Source of the DNA: Amoebophrya sp. A120
Taxonomy: Eukaryota > Protista > Dinoflagellata
Direction of reading: 5' to 3'
Length of the DNA stretch: 64,000 nucleotides
Assembly: GCA_905178155.1 (NCBI GenBank)
Contig: CAJINV010000001.1
Span: 8,215,599 to 8,279,598 of the forward strand
Positions 48,701-60,700 of the stretch are shown here, one piece after another. The first letter of the stretch is position 1, and the number at the start of each line of letters is the position of its first letter. The position numbers were made by a program, and so were the translations under genes. The notes under the pieces were generated by a model. It was not told where the DNA came from, searched no databases, and worked only from the letters and a program-made list of their open reading frames with translations.

Positions 48701-51700
48701 AGCCTCGTATCAGGATAGATACACACTTTAAACTCAAAGTAGAAACGAGAGCAGAACATCAAACTGTACAAGATTTTCCTGTTGCTTCCAGTGGAATATT
48801 CGATGTCTGCCACATGGGTGAACTCCGTGTCGGAAGTTCTCCTGTACGTTCCGTTGAGCTCCATCTGCATCGACTGCGTTACCGAGACAATGTTTGGGGC
48901 CAGCTCGCGCATGCAGGGCACTTCCAAATGGTGCCACACGTGCCAACAGAGTCGCGTATGGTGCCGCATCTTGTCCGTGACCGCGGTGAAGTTTTTTTTG
49001 ACGAAGGGCAGCCGTTGGGCCAGCTCAAACGCTGACTCGTCCTTGAACAGCAAGCTGCCGCGCTTGTCGTCCATCGCGCGACAGGCGGCAACGACAGGCA
49101 TTTCAAACAGGTTTTTCGCGAGTCTTTGCAAAACATACAAGTCAAACTCTGTAATATCCTCAACGTCGTACCCACTCGCCCGCGCGTGCTTCAGGGGGCC
49201 TTCGTTCAGGTTCGCCTGCAGCGAGTGCAGCGCCGGGTCGGGCTCCGTTTTCAAAAATTTCTGCACGTAGTGGTGGAAGCAGTGCGTCGGCGTGGGAATG
49301 CCGATGGAGGGTTCCAGGGCGTCGTCATCGACCAAGTTCAGCGCCAGGGCCGCATACAACTCAAAAGCCCCGACGAAGTGGAAATCGTGGAAGTACTTCA
49401 TCATGTCCCCCATCGGCGCGACGGAGCCAAGGTAATAGCGGATTCCGGTCCGGATCGCATTCTCCGCGATGCGCTCGTAGGGCATGACACGCCTCGGCAA
49501 CACGTCCTCAGGTAGGTCGATCTGGTCGATTATGGCGTTCTCAACTGTTACATTCTCAGCTGTCACATGAATTTGTTATGCAAGAATGGCAAAAGTGAAA
49601 GGAGGGAGCTTGCGCGTCTTGCATGACAGATTTGGTACAGATTTAGACGCTGTTTAGCCATTCGAAAACTTGTCATGCGAAGCAGCTTGATCGTCTGGTG
49701 GCTCATGTTGGTCATTTTGCATGACAAATCATGATGTAACAGTTGAGAATGTAACGTTTGAGAACGCCATATCGATCTCCCCGAATATTGGCTCGTTTTC
49801 CAGAAAGATCCCGTAGAACCGGTAGGTGCAATCAAAGCGCTTGAACAGCATGGAACCCTTTCCATGTCTTTTCCCGTTCTTCCACGACCCATCGTAGGCG
49901 AGGACTTGCCGCTTAAACAGAAGACTCCCAACGGTCTCCGCAATCTGACGAAAAGCAAAGGTGATGATGAGGATGGATGAAAGGAAGTGTATACCAGGCC
50001 TCTTTCGTTCCACATCTTTTAGAGTGCATGCAGGCAAACAGTAAATTCGATTTCCAATTCCATCGCGTCGAAAATGAAAAATCATACCTTATTCGGATCC
50101 GGTGACGGCACTAATTTGATGATCTCCCCCAGTGTCTTGAAAGTGTCTAGTTTGATGTCCTTGGAATACTCTGTTCTCAACAACCTTCCCACCCCGTGAT
50201 ACCGGTGCATCGACCAGCCACCCTCGTACACGCCCCGCTCCGCCCGGCCAATTGCGTTTGCATCGAGTTGCTGGAACCACCTCTGGATGCCTCGCATCCC
50301 GTGCCGGAGCCGGACCGCGGGGAGTAAAGGAGATGCGATGGTCGTCCCCTCGTAGCCAAGGATTTCCCTTCTCACATTGTTCATATAATGCGTGTGAATG
50401 ATCTGCTCGTAGTGTGCCGCTTTGTTGCGTGCCATCCCGAAGACCACGGTGGTGCCGTCCTTATGGAAGCGTCAGGTTTGAAATCGTCAAAGTTGAAATA
50501 GTTTGCCATGCATAAAACGGATACCAGTTAGACCTACAGTTTGTAGTCGGCGCATGACAAATTTTCCCGGTCATGGAAGCGAGTCTGTCATGCGGTTTAG
50601 GGCAACAGAGCTGCCTTCTGTCATGCTAGTTAGCAGTCCAACTTTTGACCCTTACCAGGACTATAATCTGCCTCCCGTGGGTCCTCTGCAATAGAGTCGC
50701 TTTTTGTAGTCGCATTTTATGCATTGCAAATTATTTCAACTTTGACGATTTCAAACCTGACACTTCCATAGTCCTTCAGCAGCACGTACAAGCTGCGGCC
50801 GTGGACCCGGTAACCAGAGAGGAAATAACTGTCGACAACCGATTTCATGGAGTGGATTTCGTCGAAGTGCAGAAACATCCTCTGTGCGCGGCACTTACGG
50901 TTGAGCAGCAACCTCTCAAAGGAAATTCGGTCCGGTCGGAGTTGCATCATGCCAAGCACCCCGCTACCCTCCTGATTGCTATCCAATTTGAAAAACTCGG
51001 CCGGGTGCGCCTCGCACATGGGCGGCTGCCAAGGGAGTTCGGGGCGCAAGTCGTCGTCGCGGAGCAACACGTGCAGCAATTTCACGGTGCTGACGTGCTG
51101 TTGCGTCACGCGCACCATCTCCGCCATTTTCGGTTCGTTCGTTTTCCGGATCAGAGTCAAAAATCCCGGCCACACGACGCTGTTCGGTGACTTGTTTGTG
51201 TCGACTAACTCCCGAATGCGCTGCAACGCAGAAGACTGAAACGCCTCTGCGCCCTCCGGGTCTTCCTGGTAATTCAGCCAGAACTCCGGGTGCGATTCCC
51301 GCACTTCCTGCTCTCTTTCCGCAAATTTTGCCTCGATTTCCTCCCGCATCTTCTTCGGCGGGTTGCCGTATTTCTTGATCTCTTCGTGGGCGAGCTCTTC
51401 GTGGAGCAGTGTCGTGGAAAGCTCACGGGTGAGCTTTTTTTTGTAGCGCAACGTCCTCGATTCCTCTTCCATTTTTCCGGTCTCCGCGGAGAAAACGTCG
51501 TCGCCGAAAATCAGCCACAGAAACGCCATGTGCGAACTCCCCAAGGAGGACCCCTGCGTGAGTCTCAAGTACTTGGAGAGCAAACTCACATCTTCGATGT
51601 ACAGATTCCCCGCCCGCGTCTTGTCGATCTCCAAACCCCAAAACAGATCGTTCACGACCGCGTGCAGGGGGCTGAGCGGATGGAAATCCCCCCCGATCTT

Positions 51701-54700
51701 CTGAAAGAAATTCACCGTGTGCAGAAACCAGTGCGCCAGCATTTCGGCGTGGTACTCGTCCCGCTCCATGGCGGAAAAGGATTCCCGGCGACCGAACAGC
51801 ATCGAAGACGGGTCGGAATAGACAGTTTCCTTATACACGGAAAAAGAGCCATCGATTTACCTTTGATTGTCCCCATGATGCGTTTTCCGCATGACAAACA
51901 CAGGAACAAGCTCTGATGCATTTTTTGAGTGACAAATTCTGGAGGGGAAAATCAATGGGTCTTTTTCTGTCGGTACTCCTCGTCGTCCTGGTAGAGGGAA
52001 AGGAACAAATCATCCGAGGAGTCGTTATCCTCCCCAACAATCACCTGGATCGTGCAGCACAACTCCCGTCGGTCGCTCCCTCTGGCGTGCGTCCGTTTCC
52101 GGTACTCCGCTCGCACCTTCTCGTACGCGCGGATTTGCTTCTTGGACATCCGTGCCTTCTTCGTGTCGGTCAACAGCGGCGGCTCCGTGAGCAAATCCTC
52201 GCTCATCTGCCCCAATTTCGCCGGCGCAATCTGCACCGGCATGTCGGTCAAAACGTTTCGCCCGACGCCCAGCGTGTTCCTCGACTGCAGTAACCGCTTC
52301 GTCAACGTTCTCCCGTGCTTCACCGGGTGGCACTTGGCCGGAAAGTGTACGCCCATTTGTGGAATGACCGCAAACACCGTGTCGATGACGGCGTCGTCGT
52401 GTTCTCGGAAGTAGACGTCCCCCGGCTTCAGCGGGCAGAGCGCGGTGTTGTCTCGCACGGTGATTTCCCGGGGGTTTTTAAATCTCTGCTTCTCATCGTA
52501 GCCCGCGCCGTGAGTCTCCCCGCTGAACAACTTGCCGAAGAACCCGACTTTCGGCGGCTCCCGGTCCGGGGCGACCTCGATGTACGCGGGGTTTCCGCGC
52601 GTGTCGAGGGAATTCAACGAGTAGAGCGGGGGCAGTTTGTGAAATTTTATCTTCGCTCCCTTCGCCCAGCCACTGCACAGACCATCCGCCGCAGCGACCT
52701 GGTCGGCGATCTGTTGCCGGGCGTCGAAAAGTTCCTGCTTCCTCGTGTCTGGCTTGCAGCACGCCGTCGTGCGCACGTTCGTCTGCGTCTCCACCCAGGG
52801 GTGGCTTTCTTCCCCCACCTTGCTCAAAATGTGTTTGTGGATATCCCCGGCCCGGTCGACGCGAAGGGATTCCAAAGTCGGCTTCTTTTTCGCGCCGTGC
52901 AGTTCGGCAACGGTCGCTCCGGGGATGAAGTCCGTGCCCAAAACGGCCAAACCTTCCTCCGCGTCGCTGCCCGCATCGGTGTCGGGCACGCTTTCCTTCG
53001 ATCCTTTTTTGTTTTTTCCGCCGCCCGCGTTCAGAACGCGGTCGAGAAAGCCCTGCTTCTCGCTCTGCGCTTCACCCCCATCGACGAAGAAATCGCCTTC
53101 GCGAAGCATGTCGAAGCGCTGTTTCGTGGTGTACAGAAACTCCTTTGCCTGGTAAATCCCCTGCTTCGCGAACGCCACAGAAATGCGCGGCAATGCTTCC
53201 GCGTCGGCGAGTGGCTTTCTGATCAAACGGCGAACCTCCACGTATCTTGTGCGCAAAAACCCCTTCGGATTCGTGCTCAGTTTCTGCTTGAACGTGAAGT
53301 ACCTCTGTTTCAAAACGTCGTAATTCAGCATCAAAATGGCGTAGGTCGAGAAAAAGATCAACAAGTAAGGCGCAACGACGTGGCTGTACGGGACTTGCAG
53401 CGGAGTCCCTGGGTGGGTGAAACATAACACTAGGACGACGGATAACTGCGCGAAGTAACTGCTTGCGTCAGGGCCGGCGGTGAACAGTGCGTCTTTCCAC
53501 CAATAGAAATTCTCCCTCCGCATGTACCACTCCCACTTTTTTGTCACTTTGGTGGCCTTTGCCCTCGTCCGCAGGTTCGCGGACTTGTTACTTCTGTTCG
53601 TATCGGGCGGCGTGTCCGCGTACCGCCCCGGGCCACCTGGTGGCGTCTCCATCATCAGCCTCTCAGGGTCACTGTCGCTGTCGATCAAATCGTCCTCGAA
53701 TTCGCCCTCGTCCTCCTCCTCCGCCATCTCCAACAACCGCTTCGCTTCCATCTCGTGGTACTCAGACCTGAGTCTCCCCGCGACGAGTGTCACCAAAGTG
53801 AGCAGCGCCGCGCCGCCAAGCGCGAGGATCTGCATGAAGCCCGCCCACTGCTTGTGGGCGTCATCCTCGAGTGCGCGGAGTTCGGCGAGTTGGTGTGGCG
53901 GCATCTCTTCGTAGTCTTCTTTCGAGAGGCTGGCGCCCACGTCTTCCTCCACTTGCTGCAGCGTGGCGTGCGCGTTCTTCGTCATAATGTCAACGTACAC
54001 CACCACATAGATGGCCACGAGGATGAGCAGCCGACTGACGATGAAGTTGTAGCGCTGGTATTCAGCCTGATATATCACAAGAAAAAAGTGTTACAGTTAC
54101 ACATTTGTTGGAGTTTTTGCATCACAAATTTTCTCTGTGTGGCAGACAAAACTTGTAATGCAAAGATCATAAAGGAAAATACGTAGGAAACGAGGCTCGC
54201 AAGTATTTCCTGCATGACAAAGGTTGTCTGTTTTGCGGCTCCTGCAACACAATGTGTAACTGTAACACTTTTTGCTTTGCATATGATAAGTTGTGTTTCA
54301 GTAGAAGATCTAGATCTTGACGACTGCTCCATTTATTCGCGAAAGGGTCCCATCCTCGGGCTAGTCGCTCATCTGCGACCATAAAGAAAAACGGATGCTG
54401 GGCAATTCGAAAACATCAAAAAAGAGTTGTTGTAAGTCCAACAAGTACCTGCCCCAAATAATACAGCTCGTCAGCATCATACTGGGGGGCCACAAGGTTT
54501 CGCTTGGGCACGGCAAGCATGGTATTTGGACAATGCCAATGCATCGTATTCAAAAGTCCGAGTGTCAGCGTCGACGGCAGGTAGAAGACGCAGCCGCCGA
54601 CTGTGGTAATCGTCATCAGCGTTTCCCCAACGGCCGCGTCGGCATGCGCTTCGAACACGTCCGAAAGACGGTAGACGTACCTGGTACAATATGATTTATA

Positions 54701-57700
54701 TCCCGAAAATGCTTTTTCTTCGATACAGACAAAAATGCAAGCACCTACTGTTTCCTTAGCGACAGAAGCAGAACCAACTACAAGCACAGCTTAAATGAAA
54801 ACAGCACGACTCCGCACCCATTCGGCGACACTCCTGGCTGAAGCGTGACCCTCTCGTCGATCGCCGATATATTTTGGAGAATATTCGGCACGTGTGGCTT
54901 TTTCTTTTTCGCTCCTCCCCCGCCGCACCAAAAGCCCGTGTCGTCTCGTGCGGACACGATGATCTCTTCCGTCTGATCAAATTGGTCAAAGGTAATCGTC
55001 GGCATGCTGGTGTTGGGACTGCCACCGTCTTCCACAGCGCCCCACCCCTTCATTGGCGGATTTTCCGAGGGTTCGCCGGCGAGTTCGTATTTGTTCACCA
55101 CCTTCCCGTCTGGCTCGATACTAGCGACGAACCACTTCTTGTCGTCAAACGACCTGCCCCCGCCATTGTCGTAGTAAATCTTCGCGTCCCCGCGCAGGTT
55201 CACGAACTCCGGGAAATCGGTCCCGACTTCACGCTCGTACGTACCATTGAACTCGGGGAGATCGGCGTTGTTGAGAAAAACTCCCTGCACAATCAGATCG
55301 CCCGGGGCGGAGTGGTAGCCCTCTCTGTGCTGCTGGTGGAGGTAGCTTGCTGCTGTACAACTACCCCGGCCACTGCTGTTGCCATATTGTGGCACATTTT
55401 GGTAGTTGTAGTCAAAGCGAGTTGGTCTCGAGGTAGAGGAGCAGGCGGGAGACGTTCCAACGAGCGGTTGCGCGTAGGCTCGTTTTCTGTTTCCGAACCC
55501 GAGATACGGTGTCTCCTCCTGCATTTCGATGTCACATCCCATGATCTCTACACCACCCGCAACATTGCTGTAAACAGGTCCACGTCCATGCCGACGCGTC
55601 CGGTTTTTCGAACTAGAACTACTTGCAACAGAGGAAGCACTGGACGTTGTGCTTCTGTTTCCCGGAGATGATGATGATGATGATGATGAAGACGCGAGCA
55701 TATCAGGCAGGGACTCCTGATACTGCTGGTCTTTTCTATCCTGTTTCTCCGGCGAAAGAGGAGAAACAGCAGCTCTCGACAACAGAGAGTCCTCCTCCGC
55801 CATCGGAACAAGCAAATTGTTCCGAAGAACGCGACCAGCTCCGGCACAAGAAGGGACAGCCTGCGCGTGCGCCCCTTCTTTCAGCACGGGCGCTTGCATC
55901 AGATAGTCCCCGCCCCAATCGAACTCTCCGTTTTTCACGCGCCGATGCTTGTCGTTCTTGGCGTCCCACTTGTTCCCGACTAGTGTTGCTGTTCCCAAAA
56001 CGTCTTGCTTCACGCCCGGTAAAAACACCCCCTGCTTGGGGTTCATGATCAGGTCCCTCGGTCCGTCGTCGTTCTCGAAATTCACAATCGCGCCAGACAC
56101 CGTGAACCGGAAGTCCTGCCACTCGGCATTCCGCGACCACCCGGAGGGGATGAGCATCTTGTCCAGTAGCTCCAACCGCTCGATCCGGTCGTCGATTTGC
56201 ACGTCCATCGAGACGGAAATGAAGACCGGGCCGCCCAAATTCTGACTGTCGTCGCGCTTCAACTGGAACCGCAGTAAATCTCGGCTCGTCTGCTCCACCG
56301 GCGGCTCCCCCGGACCGTCCCGGAAGCGGATCAATTCGTCCAGCCGGTCCATCGTGTACGTCGCGTCCCAATTCAGCTTTCCGTGGTGCGAGATGTAGCG
56401 GAACCGCGGATTGGTGATGTCCCACGCGTTCACGATGGGGTTCAGATTCGGCTCGCACGGCTTCATGAACTCCATCGCGTTCTTCCCCATCACCTGGACG
56501 CCGACCTTCGGGTTAAGCACTAACGGGTCGGATTTCCCTCGCTCGACCGTGATGGAGACGGATTTCGGAGTTAAAGAGCACTTGAACGTCCGATCTTTCT
56601 CCGAAAACTGCGTCCCCTGATCCCCGTGCCGGAGCATGAAGAGGCGCCACACCCGTTTGTTGTTTGCATGGATGTCGATGTAGGCGTTGAGGATTTCGTC
56701 CCCCTTCGACCCCCGGCAGGTGAAGCGCAGCACCGGCATGATCGCGACTGGCCGGGCCAAAGGCTGGTTGGTCGCGACGACATTCGTGCCGCCCACACCG
56801 TCGATGAACGGTTTCGCGGCTACTTTTTTCTCCTTCAAAGCCGCCAGGGGCGCGTTTACCGTCATGTACCAGGGGAGCACGATGACCTCGGGGTCTAAAA
56901 CCACGATCTCGTCTTGCATGGGAATGCTCTGTTTCTTCCCGTCTCCGGCGGCCAGATCGTCCTCCTCCCGCGCGAGGAACTCCAGCTTTTTGTTCTTCAA
57001 ACTGGTATCCCGGTAAACGCCCGTCCGGTCCAGCTGCACTTGCAAGCCTTTATCCCCGTAGAAAACTTTGCTGTCCAGCTGCACCTTCACCTCCTCGTGG
57101 GGAATGTACTGCTGGGAATCGCAGACAATGTGGGACTCCTTCAGTTGCAGCCTGGCGACGGTGTTTTTCCCGGCTGCCCAGAACTCGATCGTGTCTCCGG
57201 CGCACGCGCAGCGGAGCAAGTCGGTGGTCGCGTAATCCAGCACAATGTCGACGTGCTTCGGCTTGCTGCCGATTTTCGGGCCCAGGTTCCGCAGAACGAT
57301 TTTCTCATCGGAAATGTACGCGTCCGTCGTGACGCGGATCTGCTTCACGCCCCCCTTCGCCGTTTCCGGATCTTCCCCGCCAGCAGCGGTGTGCGCGCTC
57401 TCGATCGCGGACAAAAAATCTTGCTCGAACTCCCCGTCGTTCAGATACTTCGCGAATAATCTCCGGAACTCCTCGCAGCGCTTGCGGTACCTTCGCAAGA
57501 TCTTCCCCCGTTCATATTTCGCGTTTTTTCCGAGAAACTCGCCCGCCTTGGCGCCGTCGTTGTCCAGCATCGTGTTGCGCAGCTTCCGCAGATCTTCGTC
57601 GTGAAGCGTGATCTCGCCTCCGATGGTGAGAATCGATTGCGTCGCGCTGGTCTCTGGATTGACCACGGTTTTTAGGCTCCATTTCGGGAACTTGATGCTG

Positions 57701-60700
57701 GCCGGATGGCGGATGGTCGGACAACGAACCTCCACGGCCATTTCTCTTCCGTCCGGTAGGAGCGACGCCCGATCCTCCTGGATCTGTTCCTCCGGCCCGC
57801 CGAGGCCGACGCTGACCCGGGTGTAGATCAAGTCTTGGATCCGGTTTTGGTAGTGCGTCGTGTAGGCCATCCACGGCTTGAAGAAGTTTTCCGACGCCCC
57901 AAGGACCTCCACGACAAAGCCGCAGTGCGCCTCGGGACTGCGCAGGCAGAGCGACAGGTTCAAACTGCCCTTGGTGCACTCCGCCATGCAGCGGACCGAG
58001 AGGGAGCGGACGTGGTTGAAGAGCCGGGGACCTTCGGAGGCGTGGAAGACGACTTTCGGCACCTCCAGAATGCACAGCCTGCGTTGGAAGTCCGGCTTTT
58101 TTGCTGGTGGCGTGTTCGCTGGCAACCGGGGTAAAAGCGGCAACTCCAGGTCCTTCAAGTCGTACATGGTGTCCTGAAAAGGTGGGAGAAATTCTTGCAG
58201 CTGCTGCGCACCCCCGTCTGCGGCCACTACTTGTTCCGGGTTTACTGACGGAATCTTGTAGGGCTTTTCCAAGTAGAGTCGGTGCAGCAAGTACTTCTTC
58301 ATGGACCTTGCTGGCGTCTCGGTGACCTCGAATGTGATCGGGTCGATGTCTCGTCTCGCGTCTACCTCTAACGAGCCGTCAAGCCGGATGTCGTACTTCC
58401 CGTCAATCTTCATATCGTCCTCTGAAAGTTGCAGCTCGTACGAGACCGGGTTGGCGTATTGCGGCTGCGGCCCCACTGGATCATCCCTGAAATCCATGTC
58501 CGCACCATCGAGCAGTGGGTCGGCATTATTTCCGCGATTGGATCTCGGCGGGTTCCCACTGCGGTTCGTCAGCATCGCAGCAAACGACCCTTCGTTCGTC
58601 CCACCATAGTAGCCGATTGCCTTCATCTTCTGCGCTGGCTTTTTGCCGTCGAAATTGAGTGCGAGCAGCACTGGATCGATGAACTCCGCGCCGTCCGGTT
58701 CTGCGAGCTTGTCCTGCAGCTCCGTGTTGTCTCGCACGACGGCTTCGTTCACCTTGTCGAATGCGCAAAGCTCGAATTTTTGCACTTGCACAGAGGATTT
58801 CGAGATGTACTTTCGCTTGGTCGATTTCGGCAGTTTTCGGGTTTTCAACAAAAAGCTCTCGTTGTGATCGACGAAAAAGTAAAATTCCGTGCCCGTCGGT
58901 TCGATCAGCGGGTGGTTGGTTTCTTCCCGGTATTTCCCCACAATTTCAAACGCCTCTTTCAGCTCCGAGGACATCAGGTGCTTCAGAAACAACTCCGCAA
59001 CCCGTTCCGTATTCGAAACCAGAAACGGCAGCGCCTCCGTGCTCTGCTCGGACTCGAGCGCCAGCCGTTCGCGTTCGGCGTCCATGCGTTTCCGTTTCGC
59101 CGCGATCGTCGTGGATTTCTGGTCGACGGTGGTGAGGAGCGACTTTAAATCGTGAAAAGACTGCCGGAGGGACAGGCGTAAGAGCTTTATGCCGTGAATG
59201 AGGCTGGAGCTACTGTACCTCACCGGTGGCGTTTGCACTCTGCCGCTCGCGTTCGTCACGACCGAGTCGCAGCCGGCGCACAGCATGTTCGCGATCTCCC
59301 GGAGTTTTAGTTGCACTGCGGGCACTTCGTTGATGGAAATCAACCTCTCCCCCTCCACGAACAGCTTCCTGCTCACATCCAACCCCCCGACGGGCGAAAC
59401 TTCCGCGACCAGAACCTGCAGCCACTTGGTTTGAATCGCATCCGCGGCGCCTTCTGGTTCGACGAGAGGGACATTTTTGAACCCTTCCAAGGTGATTCCC
59501 AGTTCCCGAACCCGGAGCGTCGACACCGCTTTGTTAAACACCAGTTGACCCTGCGCGTTGCGGATTTCCGTGACCGGAGTGACCCCGTCCACGTCTCTGG
59601 ACAAAGAGATGCCGAACATGTTGTGCAGAAAATTGCCCAAAACCGGGACCGGAAAGGGAACGGATTCTCGCGCCCGGATCTCCTGGATCTCCTCTTTGTC
59701 CACAAACTGGCCCAAGGCACGGTTGTAGCCGATGTGGAACCTCCGCCTAGAAATCGTGAACAACGCGTAGAGCAAGAACGCCACCGGATAGCAGATCACC
59801 ACCGAAGCGATGTACGCCTGCACCACGTCGTGAGAGGGTTTGATGTGCAAGTCATCGTACACGCCGGGGATCAAACCCGAGGGGATCCGCAGATTGATCT
59901 TCTTCTTCCCGAAGTAGACGTCGGAGCTGGCGCGGAGAAATCCGATCAACCCAATGTCGAGCAGAAAGACGACAAGAAACTGGCCCTTGGTCTCTCGCAC
60001 CTGCGCCTGGTCGTAGTCCTTTCCCAGCATCCTCGCGGTCCGCCCCCCCTGAAACCGCAGGGCGGCGCGGAGCATAAAGGCGAGTACGGCGAGCAAGAGC
60101 AGCAAGGGAACCACGAGAACTTGCAATAGCAAGTTCCTTTGTGCGGCGAAATCCTTGCGGAATTGGTACATCTCCTCGCGAAACTGGACAAACTGCTCCT
60201 TGTACTCTTTCGCAATCTTGGCCATCTCCTGCATGTTCCCCCCGACGTCCATCCCGAGGTAGTTCACCTTGTGGCCCACCTCTGCCGGCAACCCCGCCTC
60301 CGCAGCAGCGGCATTCCCAAGGTTGTGGTAGTCGAAGGGCATGAACTTGTCCAGTAGCCCGGAAAGAATGTCGTCGAAGGCACTGAGGTCTAAATTGATT
60401 TTCTCAAACCCCTTGCAGAAGTTCTGAAACGCCTCGGGCAAGCCGTGCACTGCGACGAGCAGCCCGAGAAATTGCAGAAACTTCGCGACGCCGAGAAAAT
60501 TGGATCCGGAGATCACCGCCAGGGTGATGCCCATGATGGCCGCTACATTCGCAAACATGGCGGTTCCAAAATCACTCAAGCCCGCCATCGATTGCCGGGT
60601 CAGTGTTATCCAGTAGGCGTTCCCATCTTGCGCGGCAGCGTTGTAACCAGGAATGAGTTTGCCGTCCTCGACCGGCAGAGTCAGCTCTGTGGAGGTTCGT

